Positions 1-9,620 of a stretch of DNA of 64,000 nt are shown here, piece after piece (the stretch's first letter is position 1; every line of letters begins with the position of its first letter). This stretch comes from Candidatus Omnitrophota bacterium (GTDB lineage Bacteria > Omnitrophota > Gorgyraeia > Gygaellales > Profunditerraquicolaceae): the NCBI GenBank assembly GCA_020058085.1, contig JAGVER010000010.1, positions 1,549 through 65,548 on the forward strand. Direction: 5' to 3'. The translations under genes and the position numbers were made by a program. The notes beneath the pieces are model-generated. The model had not been told where the DNA came from. It was given only the letters and a program-made list of their open reading frames with translations, and ran no database searches.

Positions 1-1159
1 CTAATTTCTTGATTAACTTTAAGGCATTCTTCTCCGGATAGTAAAGATAATTTATCTTTAGGCCTAGAAACTGTTTCTTCAAGAGATTAACCATTGGCTT
101 GGTATCGCAAACCAAACAATCTTTAGGAAGAACCAGAGTTAATTGCACCTTCTGGGCTTCTCTAAATAAACAACGGGCATTAGAATTACCTACATTCTGA
201 CAAGAGCCAATGGAACCAGTTTTCTTACATTCAGCGTCAGAGAAACAACGTGGTAATATTGCAAGCACCTCTGGAGCATCGGATATTTCTTCAGATACCC
301 TGATCTCTTCTGCTTTATAATCTAATATCTTCTTATTCTGGATATTTAAAACCACCTTGCCAAGCCTGCGGCCCTGCCATGCCGGCCTTAAGACTATAGT
401 CTTCCCTAATTTAAAAGATATCCCTTTTTTAGAATTCACCTGGCCATCAATAATTATATCTATTCCAGACATTTCGTTAATTAACTTAGCGTCTTCCTCT
501 TCGCCTAAATTACTTAGAAGAATAATAATATCGGCGCCCTCAACTTTAAGTTGCGCGACTGAATCCTTCAGGGCAATCTTTGGTTCGATAATCTTTATAT
601 CTTTTATCTTATCTTTAGCCTTATTGTTTGTGAGCCCGATGATCCCAAACTTAATTCCTGCGGATTCTTTAATGATATACGGCAATACTTTCTCGGATTT
701 CAGATTAGCGGATATAAATCTCAATCTAAATTTATCCGCATTCTCCCCAAAAAACTTTTCTCCAAAATTAAACTCATCTTCGCCTAGATTTACCGCATCA
801 TACTTCATTAACTCCATGGCGCGTAAATTTACAATTGCTCTCTGCATATCTAACTGGGTATTCTGGGTATTTTCATCCAAGAGTCCGGAGCTAAAGAAAT
901 TGCCTGAATCTAATAGTAGGATATCGGGATTATCATTCCTTAATTGCTTAATTAAGGTAGCGCGCCGTGCTACACCGCCATCTGGCTCTATCGGGCAGTG
1001 ACAAGGATAAAGCGTAGCATGGGTTGATCCGGTATAAATTAAAGTAGCTTCTTGAGCAAAAGAACTACTATAATTTAAAGACCAAAAAACGACCGCTATA
1101 AATGAAGCTCCGCGGGCTAAGGCCCGCGGTTTCTTGAAGCGAAATACTTGAGCGGCCAT
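1..1159 (-). CDS. Secreted metallophosphoesterase / 5'-nucleotidase-like protein with Cys-rich C-terminal region; 3' end runs off the window (partial)
   Basis: Absent from the ORF track because there is no stop inside the window. Manual translation from ATG at 1159 gives MAAQVFRFKKPRALARGASFIAVVFWSLNYSSSFAQEATLIYTGSTHATLYPCHCPIEPDGGVARRATLIKQLRNDNPDILLLDSGNFF... and stays open to base 1. The N-terminus looks like a signal peptide. GGxARRATLIKQLR and LLLDSGN resemble UshA-type nucleotidases. The + ORF 357..1001 is its antisense shadow. Confidence 0.55.
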   Translation of the reverse strand, partial: MAAQVFRFKKPRALARGASFIAVVFWSLNYSSSFAQEATLIYTGSTHATLYPCHCPIEPDGGVARRATLIKQLRNDNPDILLLDSGNFFSSGLLDENTQNTQLDMQRAIVNLRAMELMKYDAVNLGEDEFNFGEKFFGENADKFRLRFISANLKSEKVLPYIIKESAGIKFGIIGLTNNKAKDKIKDIKIIEPKIALKDSVAQLKVEGADIIILLSNLGEEEDAKLINEMSGIDIIIDGQVNSKKGISFKLGKTIVLRPAWQGRRLGKVVLNIQNKKILDYKAEEIRVSEEISDAPEVLAILPRCFSDAECKKTGSIGSCQNVGNSNARCLFREAQKVQLTLVLPKDCLVCDTKPMVNLLKKQFLGLKINYLYYPEKNALKLIKKL

Positions 1160-1275
1160 TATCCATCCTTGCCTTAAAAGGCAAGGTCCTTGCGGTAGGC
1201 ACAAGGATTTCGCCGGATAAGGGCTTAAGGATCTCAATTTTAGGCCGCGAAAGTATAAACCTGCTACTTTTCCCC
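1160..1275. promoter_or_regulatory. Hairpin-rich intergenic leader between the serA stop and the next gene start
   Basis: CCTTGCC-TTAAAA-GGCAAGG hairpin at 1167-1186 abuts the SD-like AAGGATGG of the minus-strand gene. A second hairpin TCCTTGCG...CACAAGGA lies at 1187-1207. The style is similar to the hairpin-leader family but the sequence is different. Confidence 0.35.
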
Positions 1276-2862
1276 TCATATTTTTATACTTTTAACTGTT
1301 AAAATATTCTCAAGCTTTTTTATCTTCTGCCCTATCGCAACCGATATCGGGCTGTCGACGTTTAAAACGCTAATTGCCTTGCCATCAGGTTTATCACGGC
1401 CAATAGTCATAGCCGCGATATTTATGCCTTCTTTTCCTAGAAACGTACCCAGGCTACCGATTAAACCCGGCTTATCCCAATTTTCGATATAGGCCATATC
1501 GCCAAGAGGTGTAAACTCTATATAATACTCATCGATCTTAACTATCCTCGGCTGCTTATTACCGGAGAGTGTCCCGGATATAACCCTTGTCTCTTTGTCG
1601 GTTTTGATCTCCAGCTGGATCAAATTTACAAATTCTCCTTCTTTAGAAGACTTAGCCTCTTTGATCTTAATTCCTCTTTCCTTAGCCAAGGAAACAGCGT
1701 TAACGAAATTAACTGTTTCTTTTAATATCGGAAAAAGCAGGCCTTTAGATAAAGCCATCGTCAACGGACTTAAATTATATGTAGATATTTCTCCACTATA
1801 ACTTATATCGATCTCTTGGAATCTCCCCTCGACCAACTGGCCGGAAAATGCGCCCATCCTCTCCGCTAACTTTATATAAGGATCCAGCATTTTGCAAACT
1901 TCAGCTTCCAAGCACGGATAATTCGCAGCATTACGTATTCCCTTACCTAACAAGGCATCGCGCACAATCTCGGCAACTTCAATCGCAACATTTACCTGCG
2001 CCTCTTCAGTAGAAGCGCCCAAATGCGGGGTAACAATAACATTATCCAACTTTAAAAGTTCATTTTCAGGGGTAATCGGTTCTTTCTCAAAAACATCCAA
2101 TGCCGCTCCGGCAACCTTACCCTCTTTTACCGCGTTAATTAAAGCCATCTCATCTATGATCCCGCCTCTTGCGCAGTTAATAACACGCACGCCTTTCTTC
2201 ATTGCGGCAAATTGCTTCTCGGATATCATGTGTTTAGTCTCTTCAGTCATAGGGGTATGCACAGTGATGTAGTCCGCTTGCTGAAATAATTCCTTAAGTT
2301 CCACAACCTCTATTCCCAAAGATTCGGCAACATCGCGTGATAGAAAAGGATCGTATGCTAAAACACGCATCCCGAATGAAAGCGCGCGCTTGGCTACTTC
2401 TTTACCTATTCTGCCGAAACCGATTATACCTAAAACTTTAGCGTAAAGCTCAACTCCCATAAACTTTGAGCGCTTCCATTCACCCTTCTTGGTAGAAGCA
2501 CATGCTTGAGGAATGCTGCGCGAAAGTGAAAGGATCATACTGAACGCATGTTCTGCAGTAGAAATAGTATTTCCACCGGGAGTATTCATAACGATAACGC
2601 CCTTTTGCGTAGCCGCATCAAGATCAACATTATCTAAACCCACACCTGCGCGGCCGATAACTTTAAGCCTTAAAGCAGCGTCAATGATATCCTTAGTTAC
2701 CTTGGTAGCGCTACGCACCAAAAGCGCGTCGTAATCTTTTATTATATCTCTTAGCTGTTCGGGCTTAAGCTCGGTTTTTACATCAACCTGAAATTCTTTA
2801 ATCTCTCTTAAAATTTTTAAACCTTCCTCGGAAAGAGAGTCGCTAACTAGAATCTTAATCAT
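1276..2862 (-). CDS. serA: D-3-phosphoglycerate dehydrogenase (long form with ASB and ACT domains)
   Basis: 528 aa. Rossmann motif [13 protein letters not shown]; catalytic region TVHTPMT...NCARGG...HLGAST; C-terminal ACT-like domain. AAGGAGG SD lies 7 nt upstream of the ATG. Confidence 0.93.
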   Translation of the reverse strand: MIKILVSDSLSEEGLKILREIKEFQVDVKTELKPEQLRDIIKDYDALLVRSATKVTKDIIDAALRLKVIGRAGVGLDNVDLDAATQKGVIVMNTPGGNTISTAEHAFSMILSLSRSIPQACASTKKGEWKRSKFMGVELYAKVLGIIGFGRIGKEVAKRALSFGMRVLAYDPFLSRDVAESLGIEVVELKELFQQADYITVHTPMTEETKHMISEKQFAAMKKGVRVINCARGGIIDEMALINAVKEGKVAGAALDVFEKEPITPENELLKLDNVIVTPHLGASTEEAQVNVAIEVAEIVRDALLGKGIRNAANYPCLEAEVCKMLDPYIKLAERMGAFSGQLVEGRFQEIDISYSGEISTYNLSPLTMALSKGLLFPILKETVNFVNAVSLAKERGIKIKEAKSSKEGEFVNLIQLEIKTDKETRVISGTLSGNKQPRIVKIDEYYIEFTPLGDMAYIENWDKPGLIGSLGTFLGKEGINIAAMTIGRDKPDGKAISVLNVDSPISVAIGQKIKKLENILTVKSIKI

Positions 2863-2972
2863 CTATAAACCTCCTTGCCCATAAGGGCACACCCGCGCAA
2901 TTTTCGCCATAAGGTGAACACTGGCCCAATTCCAATAAAGGCCAGGTGCCTTTAAGCGCGGGGTGTTGCACA
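2863..2972. repeat. Structured intergenic repeat, copy A (SD-abutting hairpin plus three-way-junction module)
   Basis: Fills the gap from the TGA of the upstream gene (2973-2975) to the serA SD. TGCCC-ATAA-GGGCA at 2876-2889. The outer stem CACACCCGCGC / GCGCGGGGTGTTG encloses TTCGCC-ATAA-GGTGAA (2903-2918) and CACTGGCC...GGCCAGGTG (2919-2949). About 95% identical to 26591-26690. Confidence 0.8.
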
Positions 2973-4112
2973 TCAGTTTTTTAAAAATACTTCTTCTGCC
3001 GCTTTAACCCCTGCGCCTAAATTGAATTTGTGCCCCATCTGATACAAAACCTTCTCTAAACAGGAAATTCCCGTTATAATATCGAACTCCTCAATAAAAC
3101 CCATATGGGCAATGCGGATTAATTTGCCTTTCATCTCGTCCTGTCCGCCAGCAATAGTTATACCGTAAGTATCGCGCATAGTCTTAACAAGCTTTTCACC
3201 GTCAATACCCTGAGGAACTTTAGCTGCAGTTACCGCGTCTGACGCGGCGCTAGGAGCAAACAATTCCAAATCAAGCGCCTTTACCGCGGACCTTGTTGCC
3301 TCCGCCATCTTCTTGTGCCGTGCGAAAGTATTCTCTAAACCATCCTGCTTCATCATCTCCAAAGCTTCATTCAAGGCGATAATCAAAGTAATCGCAGGTG
3401 TGAATGGGGTATCAGTTTTATCGAGAGCCTTTTTGGATTTTCTCAAATCAAAATAATAACGCGGCGATTTTGAAGCTTCGATCAACTTAAAGGCCTTTTG
3501 GCTTACGGAAATAAAACCTAATCCCGGAGGCAGCATAAGCCCTTTTTGCGAACCTGAAATAACCATATCGCAGGACCACTCGTCGGTTTTAATCTCAATC
3601 GCGCCCAAACCGCTAATAGCGTCAACTACTAAAACCGCTTCTGTATTTTTAACTACTTCGCCGATCCCCCGAATATCATTAGTAACACCGGTTGATGTCT
3701 CGCACAAAGTGGTAAATACCGCTTTAATCTTGGGATTTGTTTTTAATCTTTTTTCTATTTCTTTAGGATCAACGGCCTTGCCCCATTCAACATCAATAAC
3801 TTCTGCAGCTATGCCGTAAGCCTTACAAAGTTCCGTCCATCTCTCGCCAAATTTTCCGCCTTGGACAACTAATGCCGTATCTCCTGCGGATAATAGATTT
3901 ATTACTGCAGCCTCCATAGCGCCTGTTCCTGACGAAGCCAAGATAAATACGTCGTTTTTAGTCTGAAATATATACTTTAACCCTTCGGTTGCTTTCTTGA
4001 TCTCTCCCTGAAATTGCGGAGTACGATGGTGAATAATCGGCCGGCTCATCGCCTCTAAAACCTGCGGTGGCAACGGTGTCGGCCCGGGTGTCAAAAGATA
4101 GTTTTTCCTCAT
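2973..4112 (-). CDS. Class V PLP aminotransferase (serine-pyruvate / phosphoserine aminotransferase type)
   Basis: 379 aa. [15 protein letters not shown] has the PLP-lysine context of the AGXT/class V family. Adjacent to serA, suggesting a role in serine biosynthesis. 4-nt overlap with clpP. Confidence 0.8.
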   Translation of the reverse strand: MRKNYLLTPGPTPLPPQVLEAMSRPIIHHRTPQFQGEIKKATEGLKYIFQTKNDVFILASSGTGAMEAAVINLLSAGDTALVVQGGKFGERWTELCKAYGIAAEVIDVEWGKAVDPKEIEKRLKTNPKIKAVFTTLCETSTGVTNDIRGIGEVVKNTEAVLVVDAISGLGAIEIKTDEWSCDMVISGSQKGLMLPPGLGFISVSQKAFKLIEASKSPRYYFDLRKSKKALDKTDTPFTPAITLIIALNEALEMMKQDGLENTFARHKKMAEATRSAVKALDLELFAPSAASDAVTAAKVPQGIDGEKLVKTMRDTYGITIAGGQDEMKGKLIRIAHMGFIEEFDIITGISCLEKVLYQMGHKFNLGAGVKAAEEVFLKN

Positions 4113-4717
4113 TTTTTCTTCCCCGGCATAATTACTTCGTCAACTATCCCGTATACTTTAGCCTCGTCGGCAGACATAAAATAATCCCTATCGGTATCCT
4201 TTTGCACTTTCTCTAGCGATTGCCCGGTATGATGCGCGAGTATTTGATTAATCTTATCGCGCATATTCAAAATCTCTTTGGCATGGCGCGAAATATCTTC
4301 AGCCTGCCCCTGAACGCCTCCCCAAGGTTGATGAATCATCACCCTTGAATTGGGCAAAGATTGACGCTTACCTTTTGTGCCGGCGCATAATAAAAGCGCC
4401 CCCATGCTTGAAGCCTGGCCCACGCAATAAGTAGCGATATCGCATTTGACAAATTGCATTGTATCGTATATCGCTAAGCCAGCAGTAACCGAACCTCCGG
4501 GTGAATTAATATAAATATTTATATCCTTGTTAAAATCCTCCATCTGCAAAAATAAGATCTGTGCGATAATAAGATTTGCCACATAATCATCTACTGCAGT
4601 TCCGACAAAAATAATACGGTCTTTAAGGAGCCGGGAGTAGATATCATATGCTCGTTCATAACCGCGTTCGGTCTGCTCTATAACCATAGGAACCAAGGTC
4701 TGATTCTTAACATCCAT
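4109..4717 (-). CDS. clpP: ATP-dependent Clp protease proteolytic subunit
   Basis: 202 aa. Catalytic Ser context [11 protein letters not shown] and His context RVMIHQP; typical [12 protein letters not shown]-terminus. AGGAGG SD lies 5 nt upstream. Confidence 0.95.
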   Translation of the reverse strand: MDVKNQTLVPMVIEQTERGYERAYDIYSRLLKDRIIFVGTAVDDYVANLIIAQILFLQMEDFNKDINIYINSPGGSVTAGLAIYDTMQFVKCDIATYCVGQASSMGALLLCAGTKGKRQSLPNSRVMIHQPWGGVQGQAEDISRHAKEILNMRDKINQILAHHTGQSLEKVQKDTDRDYFMSADEAKVYGIVDEVIMPGKKK

Positions 4718-4814
4718 ATTTACCTCCTTGCGCAGAAGCGCATACTGGCCCGTCCTTTAGGGCCAGGTATTGCCAAAAGGGCACACCGGCCTATCCTTTA
4801 GGGCCGGGTGATTT
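4718..4814. repeat. Structured intergenic repeat, copy B (four consecutive hairpins from the tig stop to the clpP SD)
   Basis: TGCGC-AGAA-GCGCA 4729-4742 abuts the SD complement CCTCCT 4723-4728. TACTGGCCC...GGGCCAGGTA 4743-4769; TGCC-AAAAG-GGCA 4771-4783; CACCGGCC...GGCCGGGTG 4784-4810, followed by a T-run and the TAA complement at 4815-4817. Confidence 0.8.
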
Positions 4815-5693
4815 TTAAGCCGCTATATTCCAATTCGCCTCTCTAAATAAAAATTCCATTACCCGTCTCGGCATATGCTCATCTTGGGTAATATTCTCTT
4901 TTTTCGCTATTGCCGATAAAACTAAATAAACCTTAACCTGATTTCTGGCTTCGGGCTCCAGTTCCTCGCGCATCTTCTTCTCTTGCTCATCTATCTTCTC
5001 GCGCGGAATACCTTTTAAAGCCAGATCCACCTTAGCCTGCCGCAACATATCTTCTAACTGTCTCCTGACTAAAGACTGGGGTGATTTAAAATCTAATCCT
5101 TTAACCAAATTCTCAATAATCTCACCCTCTACCCTTTGCCTTTCAGCATTTTCTTTCTGTAGGAAGATCTGTTTCTCTAATACTTTCTCTAATTCTGTGA
5201 GAGATGGATAACCCAGAGATTTAGCTAAATTATCATCTACATTTTCTAATTTACGCGATTCTTTCAACGAATCAATACTTCGCTTTACATCATCTGCCGA
5301 AACGCTTACATTTTTATAATTAATCTTTATACCTTTATAATCCTTGATATTAATTTCCGGGCTAATCTCTACTTTGGCCTTAAAGGAGAGGTTATCACGG
5401 TCTAATTTTATTTCAGATATTTCGGGTAATTCAATAACATCAAGCGCCTCTTCATTAATAGCCTGATTATAAATATCCGGAACTAACTCCTTCAAAACCT
5501 GCTCATGGGCCGCAGAGCCATATTGTTTTTCTAAGATATCCCTGGGCGCGTGCCCCGGACGAAACCCCGGAACCTTGGCTTCAGTCGAGATACGTTTAAA
5601 TACATCTTCAAATTTATTCTTAACAACATCTCCGCTTACTTCAACATTTATCTCTCTGATGTTGCTCTCAATCTTCTTTACTTCTGTCTTCAT
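4815..5693 (-). CDS. tig: Trigger factor lacking the central FKBP-type PPIase domain
   Basis: Ribosome-binding signature VPGFRPGHAP in the N-domain, and a C-terminal arm domain. About 292 aa versus ~430 typical. The ATG at 5693 is preferred (AAAGGGA upstream); the ORF-track start at 5708 is a GTG overlapping the lptB stop. Confidence 0.8.
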   Translation of the reverse strand: MKTEVKKIESNIREINVEVSGDVVKNKFEDVFKRISTEAKVPGFRPGHAPRDILEKQYGSAAHEQVLKELVPDIYNQAINEEALDVIELPEISEIKLDRDNLSFKAKVEISPEINIKDYKGIKINYKNVSVSADDVKRSIDSLKESRKLENVDDNLAKSLGYPSLTELEKVLEKQIFLQKENAERQRVEGEIIENLVKGLDFKSPQSLVRRQLEDMLRQAKVDLALKGIPREKIDEQEKKMREELEPEARNQVKVYLVLSAIAKKENITQDEHMPRRVMEFLFREANWNIAA

Positions 5694-5704
5694 TGCTTTC
5701 CCTT

Positions 5705-6427
5705 TCACATTCTAAACTTCTCACCCAGATACACCTGACGTGCCTGGGCACTATTAATAAGTTCGTTAGCCGTTCCAGAAATGAGTATTTTCCCTTCAGC
5801 AATAAGATAAGCGCGGTCAGTTATAGATAAAGTCTCTCTTACATTATGATCAGTAAGCAAAATACCCAACCCCTTTTCCTTTAGTTCTTTAATAATCTCC
5901 TGCGCCTCGTTAACCACAATAGGATCAATACCTGAAAATGGCTCGTCTAAAAGTATAAAAGAAGGGTTAGTAACCAAAGCCCGAGTGATCTCCAGCCTCC
6001 TTCTTTCTCCACCTGATAATGTATAAGACCTATTCTTTCTCAAATGCGCGATATTTAGCTCATCAAGCAGACCATCCAGCCTTCTCTTCCTCTCGGATTT
6101 ACCTATAGGTAACGTCTCTAGAATCGCTAGAATGTTCTCTTCAACAGTCAGCTTTCTGAAAATTGAAGCTTCTTGCGAAAGATAACTTATTCCGAAACGA
6201 CAACGCTCATGAATAGGAAGATTAGTAATATCATAGTTATCAAAAACTATCCTGCCGCGATTAGGAGGAATAACCCCTACGATCATATAGAATGTCGTAG
6301 TCTTACCCGCGCCATTAGGGCCCAATAGCCCGACAATCTCGCCGCGCTTAACTAAGATATCAACACCGCGGACAACCTCTCTGGAATTATACGATTTACT
6401 TAGGTCTTTAATTTCCAAAAGATGCAT
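5705..6427 (-). CDS. lptB: LPS export ABC transporter ATP-binding protein
   Basis: 240 aa. Walker [10 protein letters not shown], signature [11 protein letters not shown], Walker B ILLDEP. Sits next to the OstA-like gene and kds genes. Confidence 0.92.
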   Translation of the reverse strand: MHLLEIKDLSKSYNSREVVRGVDILVKRGEIVGLLGPNGAGKTTTFYMIVGVIPPNRGRIVFDNYDITNLPIHERCRFGISYLSQEASIFRKLTVEENILAILETLPIGKSERKRRLDGLLDELNIAHLRKNRSYTLSGGERRRLEITRALVTNPSFILLDEPFSGIDPIVVNEAQEIIKELKEKGLGILLTDHNVRETLSITDRAYLIAEGKILISGTANELINSAQARQVYLGEKFRM

Positions 6428-7304
6428 CTTTGAGCTCTCCTGTGGAATAAAAAACTAATTTGGGACGGCCGCTTAAAATTATTTTTTTATCTAATGCTTT
6501 ATATTCCGCTTCTTGGCTATAAGAGATATTTTCGCCGCGCACAATTTTCACATTACCACTGGCGACTATCCTATCTATACTGCTTGCCATTGACTTATCG
6601 GTTTGATTTGCCGCAGGGCCGGTGCTTCCTCTAACAAAATAAAGATCCATCTTATCGCTATAAATTGTCAAATCCGGCCTTTCCACTTTAACATTATCAT
6701 AAAAAGAAGCAATATTTTTCTCATAGTCCACTATTAGCTCGCCGTCGCAGGTAATGACAACTTTATCCTTAAGTACTGAATCATTACCATTTGCAGTTGC
6801 CGGATTTATATCCACACGCACATCTTTATTTAAGGCAACTTTATTTAAATTCGGTTCGCCATGCGCCCCCATACCCACAATAGTTATGTTATCTTTATTT
6901 ATATTAACCTTGTCGTTGGTAGAAACCAACTGGTTCTTCCTATCCCAATCCATAGAATCAGTGGTGAGTTTAGCCCCTCCTGCTGTCGTAATTACCACAT
7001 CTTCCTCCAGATGCACCTTTCCATCTGACTTATTAAAATCCCCTTTTTTGGCAGTAAGGTTGACATTTTCTTCTTTATCATACAAATTACCATCTACATC
7101 TTTTAATTTAACTACTTCCGTAAAAATATCCGCGGACTTACCGGATATATCCCAGCTTTTTTTACCCTTATCTCCGTAGCCGGATAAAGAGAAATCGCTT
7201 ATCTGCTGATCAGATTCTTGTGGTTCGGGGGCGACAGCTCCAAAAGCGGAATTGAAAGATAACAAAAAAAAGACAAGAATAAAAGAAAAATTTTTAAGAC
7301 TCAT
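6408..7304 (-). CDS. LptC-like / LptA(OstA)-like fusion protein, periplasmic LPS bridge
   Basis: 298 aa with signal/anchor [22 protein letters not shown]. Two successive OstA-type beta-jellyroll-like segments ([15 protein letters not shown]... and [26 protein letters not shown]...[10 protein letters not shown]). Located between kdsC and lptB, where lptC and lptA normally sit. Confidence 0.65.
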   Translation of the reverse strand: MSLKNFSFILVFFLLSFNSAFGAVAPEPQESDQQISDFSLSGYGDKGKKSWDISGKSADIFTEVVKLKDVDGNLYDKEENVNLTAKKGDFNKSDGKVHLEEDVVITTAGGAKLTTDSMDWDRKNQLVSTNDKVNINKDNITIVGMGAHGEPNLNKVALNKDVRVDINPATANGNDSVLKDKVVITCDGELIVDYEKNIASFYDNVKVERPDLTIYSDKMDLYFVRGSTGPAANQTDKSMASSIDRIVASGNVKIVRGENISYSQEAEYKALDKKIILSGRPKLVFYSTGELKDASFGN

Positions 7305-7827
7305 AAAACTTTATAATATCTTCCCATTTACCTTGAGACTTAAGAATCAACTCCGCCACCTCGCGCACTGCTCCACGCCCTCCATGATTTGTAGTTATAT
7401 AAGAGGCAGCCTCTTTGATTTCAAAAGAGGCGTTAGAGACCGCAACACCAAAACCTACAAGCTTGATTAAGCCTAAATCTACCAGATCATCTCCGACAAA
7501 ACAAACTTCATCTTTCAAAACATTATATTTCTTAAGAAGCTTATCTAATATAGCGCTCTTAGGAGAAACATCGCTAAAGACTTCGGCCACGCGCATATCT
7601 CTTGCCCGCGGCTTAATAGCAGCCGAGCCCTTGGCAGTAATAAGTACTGTCTTAATTCCTGCCTTACTTAAAGCATAAACCCCCATTCCGTCGTGAACAT
7701 CAAAAAATTTTGAATCTCTTCCTTTAGAATCGTAAATTATACGTCCGTCGGTGAGTACTCCATCAACATCCAAAAGCAGTAATTTTATTTTACCGGCGCG
7801 TTCTTTTAAACTATCTTTTATTTCCAT
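7294..7827 (-). CDS. kdsC: 3-deoxy-D-manno-octulosonate 8-phosphate phosphatase
   Basis: 177 aa. HAD motif I LLLLDVDGVLTDG, then FDVHDGMG and GDDLVD. kds operon context. Confidence 0.9.
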   Translation of the reverse strand: MEIKDSLKERAGKIKLLLLDVDGVLTDGRIIYDSKGRDSKFFDVHDGMGVYALSKAGIKTVLITAKGSAAIKPRARDMRVAEVFSDVSPKSAILDKLLKKYNVLKDEVCFVGDDLVDLGLIKLVGFGVAVSNASFEIKEAASYITTNHGGRGAVREVAELILKSQGKWEDIIKFYES

Positions 7828-7836
7828 ATTTGAAAT

Positions 7837-8808
7837 TTAGACTAGGCCTACCTTGAGTAAATCCTGAACATCTAATAATCCTACTGGGTGCTTATTTTTA
7901 TCTACCACCGGAAGCTCATCAATACGCTTTTCCTGTAAGATGCGCATTGCCTCGGCGGCTAACATCTCCTGACAAATTACAGTTGGATTCTTAGTCATTA
8001 TCTCTTTAATCTTGCACTGCGGCAACATATTGTCTATTTCAAAGTTGCGGCGTAAATCTCCATCAGTGAATATTCCGGTTAATCTTCCGGTTTTATCGAC
8101 AACTGTAGCCGAACCTGCGCGGGCCTGAGTAATCTTCAATAGCACACCTGGGACCTTTTCATCCTCCTTAACTATTGGATTGGCCTTGCCTGTGCGCATA
8201 ATATCTCCCACACTTAAAAGCAGGCGCCTGCCTAACGCTCCACCCGGATGGAAAAAAGCGAAATCTTTCTCTTTGAACCCTTTTAGCTCCAGCAAACATA
8301 CAGCTAAAGCATCACTCATCGCTAATGCTGCTGTAGTAGAAGCCGTAGGAGCTAAGCCTAAAGGACAGGCCTCCTTTTTTACCGATATATCTAAGACTAC
8401 GTCGCTATATTTACTTAAAATCGACTTAGTATTACCGGTTAAAGCAATCACCTTACAACCCATCTTTTTTAAGAGAGGCAAGAGCTTCTTCATCTCTTCG
8501 GTTGAACCGCTATTTGAAAGTATAATCACTACATCTTCTGAAGTAACTTTTCCTAAATCTCCATGGATCGCCTCGGCAGTATGCAGGAATAAACTCGGGG
8601 TTCCGGTTGAAGCCAATGTAGCGGAAAATTTCTGGGCGATTATACCAGTCTTACCCATTCCACTTACTATAGCCCTTCCCTTGGTTTTTAAAATCAAATT
8701 TACGGCAAGTTTAAAGTTATTATTGATACGGCTCTTTAAATCTTTAATCGCATCCGCCTCAATATCTAAAACTTCTTTTCCTCTTTTTAATATATTTATC
8801 TTTTTCAT
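7837..8808 (-). CDS. kdsD: Arabinose-5-phosphate isomerase (SIS plus tandem CBS)
   Basis: 323 aa. SIS motif VSGMGKTGIIAQKFSATLASTG, SNSGSTEE, C-terminal CBS pair. Confidence 0.92.
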   Translation of the reverse strand: MKKINILKRGKEVLDIEADAIKDLKSRINNNFKLAVNLILKTKGRAIVSGMGKTGIIAQKFSATLASTGTPSLFLHTAEAIHGDLGKVTSEDVVIILSNSGSTEEMKKLLPLLKKMGCKVIALTGNTKSILSKYSDVVLDISVKKEACPLGLAPTASTTAALAMSDALAVCLLELKGFKEKDFAFFHPGGALGRRLLLSVGDIMRTGKANPIVKEDEKVPGVLLKITQARAGSATVVDKTGRLTGIFTDGDLRRNFEIDNMLPQCKIKEIMTKNPTVICQEMLAAEAMRILQEKRIDELPVVDKNKHPVGLLDVQDLLKVGLV

Positions 8809-9620
8809 CTCAATGCTTTCTCTATTTTCTTAGCCTGCTTAAGCAAAATCTCTAAATCCTTTAAATTAATCATATTCGGCCCGTCACAAAGAGCTTTATC
8901 CGGATCAGGATGTACTTCCAGAAATAGCCCATCACAACCAAAGGCAACTGCCGCGCGCGATAAACCGCCGACAAATTCTCTCTGGCCCCCAGAACAACTC
9001 CCCTGCCCTGCGGGAATCTGGATACTATGCGTCGCGTCATAAATTACCGGATAGCCTAACTGGCGCATAATCTCTAATGCCCTGAAATCAGTAACTAAAT
9101 TATTATAACCAAAAGATACGCCACGCTCGGTAATAATGATATTTTTATTCCCCGTGGATTCTGCTTTTTTAATTATGGGCAAGATATCCCCGGGTGCTAA
9201 GAATTGCCCTTTTTTTATATTCACTGCTTTACCGGTTTTTGCAGCAGCGACTACTATATCTGTCTGGCGGCACAAAAACGCGGGGATCTGGATGATATCT
9301 AAAACCTTTGCTGCTTCAAGGATATCCTTTACGCAATGCACATCGCTTAATACAGGTACCTTGACTTTATCTTTAACTTTATTTAATACATCTAACCCTT
9401 TTTTGATCCCCGGCCCGCGAAACGAACCTAAAGACATGCGATTAGCCTTATCAAAACTAGCCTTAAAAATAAAAGGAATATCTAACTTAACAGTCATTTC
9501 TTTTATTCTTTTAGCAAGATTGAGGCAAAGGTTCTCTGACTCAATAACACATGGCCCGGCGATAAGAACCAATTTGTTTTTATCTCCTATCCTGATATCC
9601 TTAACAGCTACCTGTCTCAT
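8805..9620 (-). CDS. kdsA: 2-dehydro-3-deoxyphosphooctonate aldolase (KDO-8-P synthase)
   Basis: 271 aa. LIAGPCVIES, FKASFDKANR, IYDATHSIQ motifs. Confidence 0.93.
   Translation of the reverse strand: MRQVAVKDIRIGDKNKLVLIAGPCVIESENLCLNLAKRIKEMTVKLDIPFIFKASFDKANRMSLGSFRGPGIKKGLDVLNKVKDKVKVPVLSDVHCVKDILEAAKVLDIIQIPAFLCRQTDIVVAAAKTGKAVNIKKGQFLAPGDILPIIKKAESTGNKNIIITERGVSFGYNNLVTDFRALEIMRQLGYPVIYDATHSIQIPAGQGSCSGGQREFVGGLSRAAVAFGCDGLFLEVHPDPDKALCDGPNMINLKDLEILLKQAKKIEKALR

Noticed and set aside
357-1001. 214-aa plus-strand ORF
   Set aside because: Low-complexity S/L/I/P-rich translation, lying exactly antisense to a well-formed minus-strand gene (1..1159) with a signal peptide and enzyme motifs. 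It is a shadow ORF.
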